NCBI GenBank assembly: GCA_964638585.1
Contig: CAZXAN010000002.1
Span: forward strand, 9,291 to 73,290
From: an uncultured Candidatus Saccharibacteria bacterium
GTDB lineage: Bacteria; Patescibacteriota; Minisyncoccia; Phycocordibacterales; Phycocordibacteraceae
Direction of reading: 5' to 3'
DNA length: 64,000 nt
Both the position numbers and the translations under genes were made by a program. How positions within the stretch are numbered: position 1 is the first letter of the stretch; the number at the start of each line of letters is the position of its first letter. A model generated the notes under the pieces. That model did no database searches and had not been told where the DNA came from. It was given only the letters and a program-made list of their open reading frames with translations. Shown here in pieces: positions 46,978 to 56,512 of the stretch.

Positions 46978-47406
46978 ATGTTCCTCGGAGAATATCTACA
47001 CACATTTGATACAAAAAACAGGATTTCTGTCCCGTCAAAATTCCGTAAGGGTCTGGGCCGTGTTGTCGTAGTGACACGCGGCCTTGATCATTGTCTATAT
47101 GTCTACTCTAAGCGGGCGTGGGAGAGAGAAGCGGTCAAATACGCTACCGAGATCAACGGCAGTTCAGCAAGGCGAGGCCTCGCTAGGTTATTTCTCGCCG
47201 GCTCGTTTGAAGCAGAGGTAGACAGCGGTGGCAGAGTACTAGTGCCAGAAAACTTGAAGTCGTTTGCATCAATTTCTGATAAAGCAGTTATAGCTGGCGT
47301 TGCAGACAGAGTTGAGATATGGGAGGAGAATGCGTGGAAGAACTACACAAGCGAGATAGAGCGTAATGCAGACTCCTTTGCCGAGAAGGTCGGCGATACG
47401 AAATAA
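46978..47406 (+). CDS. mraZ: Transcriptional regulator MraZ
   Basis: MFLGEYLHTFDTKNRISVPSKFR and second DSGGRVLVPENL SpoVT/AbrB-like repeat; start at ATG 46978. Confidence 0.8.
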   Translation: MFLGEYLHTFDTKNRISVPSKFRKGLGRVVVVTRGLDHCLYVYSKRAWEREAVKYATEINGSSARRGLARLFLAGSFEAEVDSGGRVLVPENLKSFASISDKAVIAGVADRVEIWEENAWKNYTSEIERNADSFAEKVGDTK

Positions 47407-47407
47407 T

Positions 47408-48358
47408 ATGGAGAAGAAACACGATTCAGTACTGACAAAAGAATGTCTAAAAGCGCTCGCGGTGCAACCTGCCGACACTGTCGTTGACGCGACACTCGGC
47501 GGGGCAGGGCATTTTGCTAAGCTTCTCTCTGCTCTCACAGAGGGTGGAGTGATTATAGGGATTGACGCTGACCCAGAGGCAGTAGATCGCGGGCGCGAGG
47601 CGTATGCACAAGACCGCAGATCAGATAGACCCGTAGCACATTTGGTAAATGACAACTTCCGCAATCTATCGCGCATCTTAGAGCGTTTAAACATAGGCAA
47701 GGCAGACGCAATACTCTTTGATCTTGGATGGAGCGGATACCAGATCGCTTCTCCTAGAGGCTTCTCATTTCTAAACGAAGAACCGCTTCTTATGAATTAT
47801 GGCGAGACAGGCGAGACAGCCGCCGACATAATCAACAGCTCTTCAGAAAAAGATCTGGCAGATATAATCCACACTTATGGCGAAGAGAGGTTTGCGCGCA
47901 GTATCGCGCACGCGATTGTAGAAGAGCGCGCGAGGGGGCGAATACTCACCACCTGTGCACTAGTCAAAGTTGTTAAAGCCGGCACGCCAGCGTGGTATCA
48001 CGCTGGCAAGACACATCCGGCGACAAAGACCTTTCAAGCTCTGCGTATCGCAGTAAACGACGAGATAGGCGCTCTGCGCGAGGGCCTTGCGTCAGCCCTC
48101 TCTTCTCTCGCACCTCTCGGCAGGCTCGCTGTTATCTCATTTCATAGTATTGAGGACAGGATAGTTAAGAACGCATTCCGCGACGCGGCGCTTACAGGTC
48201 TCGGCGATGTTGCGACCAAGAAGCCTATAGTGCCAACGTGTGCCGAGATAGTAGCGAACCGCCGTGCGCGGAGCGCGAAGCTCCGCGTCTTTGTGCGGTC
48301 TATAGCTACTGCAGGACAGCCTGTAGACTCGCCAGTCGCCATACATTCATATGCATAA
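47408..48358 (+). CDS. rsmH: 16S rRNA (cytosine1402-N4)-methyltransferase RsmH (MraW)
   Basis: HDSVLTKECL, DATLGGAGH, FDLGWSGYQI, HSIEDRIVK blocks. Confidence 0.85.
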   Translation: MEKKHDSVLTKECLKALAVQPADTVVDATLGGAGHFAKLLSALTEGGVIIGIDADPEAVDRGREAYAQDRRSDRPVAHLVNDNFRNLSRILERLNIGKADAILFDLGWSGYQIASPRGFSFLNEEPLLMNYGETGETAADIINSSSEKDLADIIHTYGEERFARSIAHAIVEERARGRILTTCALVKVVKAGTPAWYHAGKTHPATKTFQALRIAVNDEIGALREGLASALSSLAPLGRLAVISFHSIEDRIVKNAFRDAALTGLGDVATKKPIVPTCAEIVANRRARSAKLRVFVRSIATAGQPVDSPVAIHSYA

Positions 48359-48644
48359 TTACGTCTCACGCCTGCCATTTTCTGCCGTATTCCTCTCATC
48401 TGGGATTGTGGCAATTTTAGCTGTGGCTTATGTAGGCCTTATTGCCGTAGTTATGAGCTACGCGACTATCACAGTTGAGTTCTCGCAATCGGTCAAGAAC
48501 AACGAGACAGCGGTCGCAGCTCTTGAATCAAAATATCTGGATAATGTAACCAGAATTCACAGTACCGACTACGTCGCAGAGGGATACGCTATGCCATCAA
48601 GCAAAATATTTGTGCCAGTAAAGAGCGTTACAGCTCTAAGGTGA
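48351..48644 (+). CDS. ftsL: FtsL-like cell division protein (single TM)
   Basis: 97 aa, one TM, positioned between rsmH and ftsI. Confidence 0.45.
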   Translation: MHNYVSRLPFSAVFLSSGIVAILAVAYVGLIAVVMSYATITVEFSQSVKNNETAVAALESKYLDNVTRIHSTDYVAEGYAMPSSKIFVPVKSVTALR

Positions 48645-48645
48645 T

Positions 48646-50376
48646 ATGCGCGCACAGTTCCGCTTTCGTATACGCATTGTATTAATATTTATTGTTCTCA
48701 CGGCACTTCTGATACTCACTCGTTTATATTTTTTACAAATCGTACAAGGCGATGAATATGCTCTAAAGGCGGACAGACAGTTTGCCTCTGGCGGTAATCA
48801 ACTCTTTGACCGAGGGACAATCTACTTCACTCGCAAAGATGGCACTCTTATCTCTGGCGCGGCACTCTCTTCGGGATTTCTTATTGCGATAAATCCGCAA
48901 ACACTTAAAGACCCAGAGAAGGCCTTTTTTGAAATCACATCATTCGCCTCTTCTACAATCAGCCATGACTCTTTTATCACAGCGTCTGGCAAGAAGTCTC
49001 AAGTTTATATTGAAGTCGCACACCGCGTGTCAGAGCAAGCAGGCAAAGCTCTCTCGGCTAAAAAGATTCCTGGCGTGCAAGTTCTTAGAGAACGTTGGCG
49101 ATACTACCCTGGGGGCACTCTTGCCTCGCAATCTATCGGCATAGTCTCTTATGGCTCTAGCTCTGTGCTAGCTGGCCGGACCGGACTAGAGGCAAAATAT
49201 GAGACCACTCTGTCTAGATCTGGCGACTCTCTATATAAAAACTTTTTTGCAGAACTTTTTTCAAATGTCGGTAACATATTTGTAAATGCTAAAGACGCTC
49301 GCGAGGGAGACATAATAACGACGATAGAGCCAGAGGTGCAGACACGCCTCACAGACAACATTGCAAAAGTGAATCGGCGTTATTCAAGCAGTGAGTCGGG
49401 CGGTATTATCATGGACCCGTCTACTGGAGCAATCATTGCTCTAGCAACATACCCTTCGTATGACGGTAATAACTTGCAGAGCATTGATCCAACACTCCTT
49501 GGCAACTCTCTTGTAGAACACGTGTACGAGTTTGGCTCTATCATTAAGCCGATCACTATTACCTCTGCGCTTGATGCCGGAGCAATTACGACAAAGTCTA
49601 CTTACGACGACACGGGCTGTATGAAGGTAGATAAATTTGAGATCTGCAATTGGGACGGCAAGGCGCGCGGTAAGAATACTCCAGTAAAACAAATCATAGT
49701 CCAATCGCTCAACCTCGGTGCCTCTTGGGCTGCGAGAGAGCTGGGTCAGGAGAAGTTCCGTAACTACTTCACCAAACTCTTTGGGCAGGAGACAGGTATT
49801 GACTTACCAAATGAAAATGGTGCACTTATAGGCAACCTGTCAAAGCCACAGCAAGTGGGATATGATACGGCAGCCTTTGGGCAGGGGATAGCGGTGACTC
49901 CTCTACAGATGATCCGCGCCCTGGGGGCTATAGCAAACAGCGGTGTTATGGTAGAACCGCATTTGGCTAGTGGAGTGCGCCTTAACTCTGGCATAGTGCG
50001 CGATATAGAATGGGAGGAGAAGACGCCTGTATTCTCTCCAGAATCAACTAGAGCTACGACAGAGATGATGGACGCGTTTACAGAGACTCTTGTTGGCGGT
50101 AAGGAGGTGTCTCGTACAATGTCTGTAGCATCAAAGACCGGTACCTCTCAACTCACGCATCCAGACGGCGGATATTATACTGACCGTTTCTTCCACTCAT
50201 TTGTAGGGTTCTTTCCGTCTTATAATCCGCGTTTCATCATCTTGCTTTATACAAACGACCCAAAGAATGTCTCGTTTGCCTCTGAGACTTTGAGTCCTAC
50301 ATTTTTTGATATAGTTCGATTCTTGATAAATTATTATGAAGTGCCTCCAGATCGCGGTCTATCATCAACACAATGA
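48646..50376 (+). CDS. ftsI: Penicillin-binding protein, FtsI-like transpeptidase
   Basis: SIIKPI (SxxK), KTGTSQ, N-terminal TM; dcw-cluster position. Confidence 0.8.
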   Translation: MRAQFRFRIRIVLIFIVLTALLILTRLYFLQIVQGDEYALKADRQFASGGNQLFDRGTIYFTRKDGTLISGAALSSGFLIAINPQTLKDPEKAFFEITSFASSTISHDSFITASGKKSQVYIEVAHRVSEQAGKALSAKKIPGVQVLRERWRYYPGGTLASQSIGIVSYGSSSVLAGRTGLEAKYETTLSRSGDSLYKNFFAELFSNVGNIFVNAKDAREGDIITTIEPEVQTRLTDNIAKVNRRYSSSESGGIIMDPSTGAIIALATYPSYDGNNLQSIDPTLLGNSLVEHVYEFGSIIKPITITSALDAGAITTKSTYDDTGCMKVDKFEICNWDGKARGKNTPVKQIIVQSLNLGASWAARELGQEKFRNYFTKLFGQETGIDLPNENGALIGNLSKPQQVGYDTAAFGQGIAVTPLQMIRALGAIANSGVMVEPHLASGVRLNSGIVRDIEWEEKTPVFSPESTRATTEMMDAFTETLVGGKEVSRTMSVASKTGTSQLTHPDGGYYTDRFFHSFVGFFPSYNPRFIILLYTNDPKNVSFASETLSPTFFDIVRFLINYYEVPPDRGLSSTQ

Positions 50377-51647
50377 AAAAAATAATAAAATCTGTTGTCA
50401 TACGTATGCTCGCAGTCTTTGCGCGAGCGGTTGTGCGCAGGTACTCTCCAAAAATAGTTATGGTAACCGGCTCGGTCGGCAAGACGTCTACTAAAGATGC
50501 TGTCGCCTCTGCCTTAGCGTCGCGCTTTTTTGTACGCAAGAGCGATAAGAGCTTTAATAGTGAATTCGGTGTCCCATTTACTGTACTTGGTGTAAAAAAT
50601 CCAGAGAGAAATGTGTTTGCGTGGCTATCTGTAATTAAGAACGCGATATCCCTCTTGGTCTTGCCTAACCATTATCCAAATATGCTCGTGCTAGAAGTTG
50701 GGTCTGGCAAGCCCGGCGACTTGGAACAGATATTGAAGATTGCTACGCCTGAAATGGTTATTGTAACTAGATTGCCAGAGATATCTGTGCACGTAGAGGC
50801 ATATTCCTCGCCAGAGGCAGTGAGAGAAGAAGAGTTCTCTCCGGCATATGCGCTACCAGCCTCGTCGCCACTTATCATACCTGCAGATGACTCATACGCG
50901 CGAGATATGTCTATAGGCACGCCTGCGAGAGTGAGTTCTTATGGCATGAGTGAGGGTGCGACAGTGCGCGTGAGTGATGTCGGATTTTATGAGAACGAGG
51001 GCAAGGTTGCAGGTATGCAGGCAAACATCACTGTAGGCGGAGAAAATGCGATGGTTGTAGTGAAAGGTTCAGTAGGTGTGACGCAGATCTTACCTGTCGC
51101 GGCCGCTGTGGCGGCCGCGACGGCCTTTGATATATCTCTCTCTGATGCGCTCAAGGCGCTTGATAGCTACGAGCCACCGCCAGGTCGTGGACGCCTCTTG
51201 GTCGGCAAGAACGGCTCTGTGATTATTGATGATTCTTACAACTCATCTCCTGTGGCGGTAGAAGAAGCTCTTGCAACACTTAAGAATTTTCCTCATGCAA
51301 AAAGACGTATAGCCGTACTTGGCGATATGCTTGAGCTAGGACGCTACTCTGTAACAGAGCATGGACGCGTCGGGAGTATAGCGTGCAAGTCTGCTGATGT
51401 GATTGCCACGGTAGGTATCCGCGCACGTGCGTTTATTACAGCAGACTGTAAGGTAGAAGTTATAAATTTTGACAGTGCAAAGTCTGCGGCAAAAGCGCTC
51501 CCAGACATTGTTCGCGAAGGGGATGTGATCTTGGTAAAAGGCTCGCAGTCTATGCGCACCGAACGCGTAGCAAAAGCTCTCCTATTCAATCCTGCCGACT
51601 CCTCTCTACTAGCTCGTCAAGACCGCGCGTGGCTCGGGCGTCTGTAG
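50373..51647 (+). CDS. murF: Mur ligase, most likely UDP-MurNAc-tripeptide--D-Ala-D-Ala ligase MurF
   Basis: VMVTGSVGKTSTKD P-loop, IIDDSYNSSP, C-terminal ILVKGSQSMRTERV. Confidence 0.6.
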   Translation: MKKIIKSVVIRMLAVFARAVVRRYSPKIVMVTGSVGKTSTKDAVASALASRFFVRKSDKSFNSEFGVPFTVLGVKNPERNVFAWLSVIKNAISLLVLPNHYPNMLVLEVGSGKPGDLEQILKIATPEMVIVTRLPEISVHVEAYSSPEAVREEEFSPAYALPASSPLIIPADDSYARDMSIGTPARVSSYGMSEGATVRVSDVGFYENEGKVAGMQANITVGGENAMVVVKGSVGVTQILPVAAAVAAATAFDISLSDALKALDSYEPPPGRGRLLVGKNGSVIIDDSYNSSPVAVEEALATLKNFPHAKRRIAVLGDMLELGRYSVTEHGRVGSIACKSADVIATVGIRARAFITADCKVEVINFDSAKSAAKALPDIVREGDVILVKGSQSMRTERVAKALLFNPADSSLLARQDRAWLGRL

Positions 51648-51681
51648 CGTATCGCGCATAAATCTGGTATAAAAAATCAAC

Positions 51682-51753
51682 GGCTCCATCGTCTAGCGGC
51701 TAGGACACATCCTTCTCAAGGATGGAACCGGGGTCCGATTCCCCGTGGAGTCA
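51682..51753 (+). tRNA. tRNA-Glu(CUC)
   Basis: GGCTCCA acceptor, D-arm TCGTCTAGCGGCTAGGAC, anticodon loop TTCTCAA, T-arm CGGGG-TCCGATT-CCCCG, discriminator A. Confidence 0.8.
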
Positions 51754-51835
51754 CAAATTATATGACAGGTAACAGTGTATAAAAAAAAGACCGGCTATAC
51801 CCGCCGATCCATGGGTTGGGTCGTCCTAGACGACC

Positions 51836-52108
51836 TCACTCGTAATCATTTCCGAGAATCTTGCGGTGACGAAATTCGTTTGCGAACGCATCACGAGGGA
51901 TTACTTTCTTTTTACTCGTTCGTCGTAAGTGTTCCTCGGTAGTAGACGGAACAACCGTGGCCTCAGTTTTTTCGTCATTCGCGGGAATTAATCCCGCGGC
52001 TTCAAGTTCCGTTCTACGTGCCTCACGCGTGGCCTGCGTATGTTTTAAAGCGTCTAGAACGAACTGTTTTTTTGCGTCCATGCTGGATTTCTCCATATTG
52101 AAGGACAT
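51836..52108 (-). CDS. Hypothetical protein
   Basis: 90-aa ORF. Confidence 0.3.
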   Translation of the reverse strand: MSFNMEKSSMDAKKQFVLDALKHTQATREARRTELEAAGLIPANDEKTEATVVPSTTEEHLRRTSKKKVIPRDAFANEFRHRKILGNDYE

Positions 52109-52207
52109 GCCTACAGTATGGCAAAAATAACGTCAGTGTCAATAGCGCACTGTGTATAAAAGTAAATCGGCACCACTAGGATGCCGATTTTTGGGCGGAA
52201 GAGACCG

Positions 52208-52546
52208 TCAGACTGTAAGCGCGAGTCGAACCTCTTTATAACTCGCCAACGGCTCCACTTTTGTCAGTTTGGCGCCTGTTATTGCAGACACCGCTTTTGC
52301 CAGGGCCAATGAGCGCTTGTAAATGGCGCGACGGCTGGTCATGCGATTCAGGAACATCACTGACGTACCGGTCCTGCCGGTGCGAACGCCGATGCGCCCA
52401 GACCAGCAATTCTCGTTGAGGCGCATGAGTTCTGCGTGCTGTTGCGACGAAATTGGCTTCATAACCAAAATCCCAACCATTGTTGCAGTATCGATTTCGA
52501 AGCTCTTTGGACGCACTATAAATCCATCAAAGTTACACTCGTTCAT
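52208..52546 (-). CDS. Hypothetical protein
   Basis: 112-aa ORF. Confidence 0.3.
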   Translation of the reverse strand: MNECNFDGFIVRPKSFEIDTATMVGILVMKPISSQQHAELMRLNENCWSGRIGVRTGRTGTSVMFLNRMTSRRAIYKRSLALAKAVSAITGAKLTKVEPLASYKEVRLALTV

Positions 52547-52666
52547 GTGCTACTCCTTTTGATTGACTAATTGTAAGTAGGATTTAGCCTGTAGGTACGT
52601 AAAGAACTATACGCACACAAGAACACAGCCGGATAGACTATACCATACAAATTATGAAAAGGGAAG

Positions 52667-53122
52667 CTAGGCAAGGAGGTTATCCACAACTGCCTTAACG
52701 TCACCACCGTCGGCCCTACCCTTAAGCTCTTTCATCAGAGCACCAGTAAATTTACCCGCATCGGCTTTTGTAGAGACGCCCAACTCTGTCATCTTGGCTT
52801 TTGCTATTACGAGAATCTCGTCACGGCTCATCATGGTGGGTAAGTATGTTTCTAGAATTGCTAGTTCAGCTTTCTCTGGCTCAACAAGGTCGTTGCGTGA
52901 TGCCTTTTCAAATTGTTCTATAGAATCCTTGTGCTGATTAACCGAGCGCTTGATAACAGCCAATGCCTCATCATCAGCGAGGTATTCGTCGGGCTTGCGT
53001 TTCTTCGCCACAACCTCGTTCGTCATTGCTGTAACCAGCGAGCGTAGGGTTCGAAGTTTTACTTCGTCATGGGCGCGTAGCGCATCTGGGATAGATTTCT
53101 TAATTGTTTCGTGAATAGCCAT
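52667..53122 (-). CDS. yqeY: GatB/YqeY-domain protein
   Basis: 151 aa, helical, LRTLRSLVTAMTNEVV and C-terminal GKFTGALMKELKG pattern. Confidence 0.65.
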   Translation of the reverse strand: MAIHETIKKSIPDALRAHDEVKLRTLRSLVTAMTNEVVAKKRKPDEYLADDEALAVIKRSVNQHKDSIEQFEKASRNDLVEPEKAELAILETYLPTMMSRDEILVIAKAKMTELGVSTKADAGKFTGALMKELKGRADGGDVKAVVDNLLA

Positions 53123-53143
53123 ATCGGGTAGTATACTACACGC

Positions 53144-54202
53144 ATGGATATCTTCACTGTCGCACTAATTGTTCTAGGATTGATTCTAGTGCAGGGCATT
53201 GGTCTATACTTTATATTCCGGCGCCGCGAAGCGACGCCGGCAGAAGATGGGGCAGGGATGGTTCTCCTCCAGCAACAACTACAGAATCTGGAAAAAACTC
53301 TTGATGCAAGAGTTTCAGAGTCTTCAAAAGCGATGCAGGAAAATTCGCACAGGCAGTTTTCAGAGTCTGCGCGTCTAATAAAAGAGATTACGCAAGAAGT
53401 AACGAGTGTGAAAGAGATTGGTCGACAGACCCAGGGCTTCGCCGAACAGTTACAGTCTCTACAAGATTTGCTTAAGAACCCTAAGCAGAGAGGTATTCTC
53501 GGCGAATATTATTTAGAGACTGTCTTGAAAAATGTAATGTCGCCCGAAGATTATCAGATCCAGTATCCATTTAAGAATGGTGAGATAGTAGACGCAGTTA
53601 TTTTCATAAATAAAAAGATAGTGCCCGTAGATTCTAAATTCTCACTCGATAATTACAACAGGTTTGTGAGCACGCAGATAGGGAGCGCAGAGAGGGCTGT
53701 GGCAGAGAAGGCGTTTGTGAATGATCTTAAAATGCGTATCCAAGAAACCGCGAAATATATCCGGCCTGAAGAGAACACGATGGACTTTGCTTTTATGTTT
53801 ATCCCTTCAGAAGGCATTTATTATGATCTTCTTACCAATCAGGTTGGCGCTGGAGAAGATGAAAATCTTATACAAAGAGCAGCAGGGAAGTGGAAGGTGA
53901 TAATAGTATCGCCGACATCTTTTCTCGCATATCTACAAACAGTCATGCAGGGGCTTAAAGCTTTGAAAATAGAAGAAAAAGCAGTAGAGATACAGCAGAG
54001 GGTAGGGGAGCTGGGGAAGCATGTACAGGCCTATGAGACTTTCTACAAGAAGCTGGGCGTCTCGCTCGGCACTTCTATCTCGCACTACAACGCGGGCTAT
54101 AAAGAATTGGGTAAAATAGACAAAGACGTGTATAGAATCTCCGAGTCTAAAATAGGTATTGAGCCCGAATTATTGGACAAGCCGCTAGCATCTGAAGCAT
54201 GA
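53144..54202 (+). CDS. rmuC: DNA recombination protein RmuC family
   Basis: N-terminal TM, long coiled coil, C-terminal FAFMFIPSEGIYYDL block. Confidence 0.6.
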   Translation: MDIFTVALIVLGLILVQGIGLYFIFRRREATPAEDGAGMVLLQQQLQNLEKTLDARVSESSKAMQENSHRQFSESARLIKEITQEVTSVKEIGRQTQGFAEQLQSLQDLLKNPKQRGILGEYYLETVLKNVMSPEDYQIQYPFKNGEIVDAVIFINKKIVPVDSKFSLDNYNRFVSTQIGSAERAVAEKAFVNDLKMRIQETAKYIRPEENTMDFAFMFIPSEGIYYDLLTNQVGAGEDENLIQRAAGKWKVIIVSPTSFLAYLQTVMQGLKALKIEEKAVEIQQRVGELGKHVQAYETFYKKLGVSLGTSISHYNAGYKELGKIDKDVYRISESKIGIEPELLDKPLASEA

Positions 54203-54217
54203 TGCTAGAATATATAT

Positions 54218-54997
54218 ATGCCAGAAGCAACTAATCAAAATCGCTGGAGTAAACTTAGTACCTTCCTTACCATAATTAGCTTGATTTTGGGTATTTTTGG
54301 AATTTCGTATACTGCTTTAATACTTGCCACGTGGGGTATATCTGTTTTTGGGCTTGAGGTCAATACCTATTTTTATGATTGGCCAGTTGTATACGCTCAT
54401 CAATTTTCTCTTACAATAGGTCCGCTTCTGTATCTGTACATAATCTTTGGATTTAAAAAAATCAAAAGAAATCTATGGTTTTCATTCACGATCTTGTTGT
54501 TAGCAATCATTTTTATTGCAGTTGGTCCATTTGAGCTCGCAGACAGATATCGTGAAAATATTCCGCACTATCAAGTTCCCCCGACATTACAAACATTTGA
54601 AACAGAGCTAAAAAATGGTGTCTACAGTAATGAAACAAATGCTACAGCCAGATGCTTGGATATATTACAATCTATATCTTCGGAAGTGAATTCAGCAAGT
54701 GTTCGATTTACTAATTCTTGCATCTACTTGATTGCGATCCACTTTGACGATCCGATGATGTGCCGCGAGAATATTTACCCTCACTTTATAAATACCGAAC
54801 CCTATGTTTTTGATGAGTTATGCCTAGAGGCTTACGGTATTACTAGAAAATCTGAAGCCAAATGTCTAACAATTCCAGATTATAAAGTTCAGTCCAGTAA
54901 AGATAGCTATGTGTATGGAACACATGGGCAATACCCCAGAGACTACTGCATTCAAATGTCCCATAGCAACCAATCGTCAAGGTTTGATAACATATAA
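54218..54997 (+). CDS. Hypothetical membrane protein (4 TM + Cys-rich C-terminal domain), AT-rich cassette 1
   Basis: 259 aa; lower GC than neighbours; bounded by rmuC 3'-end repeat copies. Confidence 0.35.
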   Translation: MPEATNQNRWSKLSTFLTIISLILGIFGISYTALILATWGISVFGLEVNTYFYDWPVVYAHQFSLTIGPLLYLYIIFGFKKIKRNLWFSFTILLLAIIFIAVGPFELADRYRENIPHYQVPPTLQTFETELKNGVYSNETNATARCLDILQSISSEVNSASVRFTNSCIYLIAIHFDDPMMCRENIYPHFINTEPYVFDELCLEAYGITRKSEAKCLTIPDYKVQSSKDSYVYGTHGQYPRDYCIQMSHSNQSSRFDNI

Positions 54998-55006
54998 GAA
55001 CGGCGT

Positions 55007-55027
55007 GAGCAAGGGCTACCCTTGCTA
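55007..55027. repeat. Hairpin GAGCAAGGG-cta-CCCTTGCTA, inverse copy of 46297-46317
   Basis: 9-bp stem; sits at the cassette boundary just before rmuC-repeat copy 2. Confidence 0.45.
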
Positions 55028-55035
55028 CAAACTCT

Positions 55036-55156
55036 GGCTACAAAGAGCTCGGCAAGATAGATAAAGACGTATATAGAATCTCCGAGTCCAAAATCGGTTC
55101 CGCCAGCTGGCGGAGAACCGGAGTTGCTTGATAAGCCCACAACAGAACTTGAATAG
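55036..55156 (+). repeat. Copy 2 of rmuC 3'-terminal segment (degenerate), containing a 16-bp perfect palindrome TCCGCCAGCTGGCGGA at 55099-55114
   Basis: GGCTACAAAGAGCTCGGCAAGATAGATAAAGACGTATATAGAATCTCCGAGTCCAAAATCGG... about 85 percent identical to 54093-54160 of rmuC. Confidence 0.6.
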
Positions 55157-55206
55157 GTATCCACAGAAGCAGTTGCAATCTGTACACGTACGTGTACAAT
55201 GGAAGC

Positions 55207-55476
55207 ATGAATACCATATTTACCAAAGTGCCCAAGACGCTCGGAGTGAGCGGCTTTCGAGCTGATCTCGCTCGTAATCTTGCGAGGGCTAAAAAGAGTC
55301 CGCTCATCATATCTGACAGGAAGGGCGGCGAGAGCTACGTCGTTCTCGGCGCAGACGCCTATAACGAGCTTATGGAACTCTGGGAGGACGAACAGGCGGG
55401 ACGTACACTCGCTCGACTCATAAAAGAAAATAAAGGTAAGAAGCTTATACCTTGGGAAAAGGTGCGAGGATATTAA
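55207..55476 (+). CDS. Phd/YefM-family antitoxin
   Basis: MNTIFTKVPKTLGVSGFRADLARNLARAKKSPLIISDRKGGESYVVLGADAYNELME pattern. Confidence 0.6.
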   Translation: MNTIFTKVPKTLGVSGFRADLARNLARAKKSPLIISDRKGGESYVVLGADAYNELMELWEDEQAGRTLARLIKENKGKKLIPWEKVRGY

Positions 55477-55488
55477 TTCATCTCAAAA

Positions 55489-55746
55489 ATGGCTCGCATC
55501 GTACTCACGCCGCCTGCCGAACGAGAGTACAAGCGCTTGCCGAGAGACGTGCAACAAATGGTTCAGGAGTTGTTTGATGGTCACTTTCGAATCGATCCAC
55601 TTGCTATTCAATTTAGAGCTAGGAAAGTGCAGGTACCTTTCACTGGGTATCGCCTGCGACTGAGAGACTACCGTGTACTTTTTGAATTCGAAGGAGAAGT
55701 TATTCTCGTGTATCGAATCAGACATCGCAAAGATTCATATAAATAG
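55489..55746 (+). CDS. RelE/ParE-family toxin
   Basis: 85 aa; ...YRLRLRDYRVLFEFEGEVILVYRIRHRKDSYK typical RelE/ParE C-terminus; 12-bp gap after antitoxin. Confidence 0.65.
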   Translation: MARIVLTPPAEREYKRLPRDVQQMVQELFDGHFRIDPLAIQFRARKVQVPFTGYRLRLRDYRVLFEFEGEVILVYRIRHRKDSYK

Positions 55747-55826
55747 ACAAAGACGTGTATAGAATTTCCGGCTCCAAAATCGACATCGAACCAGAATTGT
55801 TGGACAAACCAGCGACAGGGGAGTAA
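55741..55826 (+). repeat. Copy 3 of rmuC 3'-terminal segment
   Basis: AAATAGACAAAGACGTGTATAGAATTTCCGGCTCCAAAATCGACATCGAACCAGAATTGTTGGACAAACCAGCGACAGGGGAGTAA; encodes IDKDVYRISGSKIDIEPELLDKP... like RmuC C-terminus. Confidence 0.6.
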
Positions 55827-56097
55827 TGTTGCATTCGGCTCGGGCAACATGCTGTGGACGGAACGGGCCGACAGGCACGTTTGTGGGGTTCGATACCCTG
55901 CTCATGGGTGGATAGTGGTCTTTGTGGTGCATAGAATAGCTGGGAGACTGTGAAGTCTCGTTCCTGGACGGGATTGAGTCGCCGTTGAAATACCAGTCCC
56001 GCAGATGTATCAGTTGAAACTGCCCGAGCCGGCCCGTCATTTCGTAAGATTTGGCGGGCTTTCCTTTTTTATAGAACCGTGCTAGATTGTGGGGACT

Positions 56098-56415
56098 ATG
56101 GAAGTGGCCGTAATCAAGACCGGTGGGAAGCAGTATGTCGTCTCTAAGGGCGACACTATCGCTATAGAGAAGCTCCCAGGGGACTTGAAGAAGGGTGACA
56201 CGGTTGTATTTAACGAGGTGCTCCTCGTAGACAACGGCTCGGACACGACCATCGGCGCACCTATCATTAAGGGTGCAGAGGTCAAGGGCACTGTTGTTCT
56301 CGCCGGGCTGGGTAAGAAGGTGGAGGTGGTGAAGTACAAGCCGAAGAGTCGCTACTATAAGCGCAAAGGGCATCGACAACCACTCCTCAAAGTCAAGATA
56401 GATTCTATTAACTAG
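56098..56415 (+). CDS. rplU: 50S ribosomal protein L21
   Basis: MEVAVIKTGGKQYVVSKGDTI...; preceded by ~260-nt structured leader. Confidence 0.85.
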   Translation: MEVAVIKTGGKQYVVSKGDTIAIEKLPGDLKKGDTVVFNEVLLVDNGSDTTIGAPIIKGAEVKGTVVLAGLGKKVEVVKYKPKSRYYKRKGHRQPLLKVKIDSIN

Positions 56416-56504
56416 GCACTCTGACAGGCTTTAGGCGCTAGTTATTAAGTCACACAATTATTCAGTTTGTATCGCTAGTGCCTAGAGCCTAGCGCCTAAT
56501 ATCT
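56416..56504. repeat. MITE-like element with inverted GCCTA/TAGGC heptad arms around an AT-rich core
   Basis: CTAGGCACTCTGACAGGCTTTAGGCGCTAG...AT-rich...GCTAGTGCCTAGAGCCTAGCGCCTAA; same architecture at 58527-58610. Confidence 0.5.
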
Positions 56505-56512
56505 AATTACAT

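Noticed and set aside
55735-56379. 214-aa minus-strand ORF
   Set aside because: It is antisense to rplU and its leader, with a composition typical of antisense frames (His/Pro/Ser/Arg-rich).
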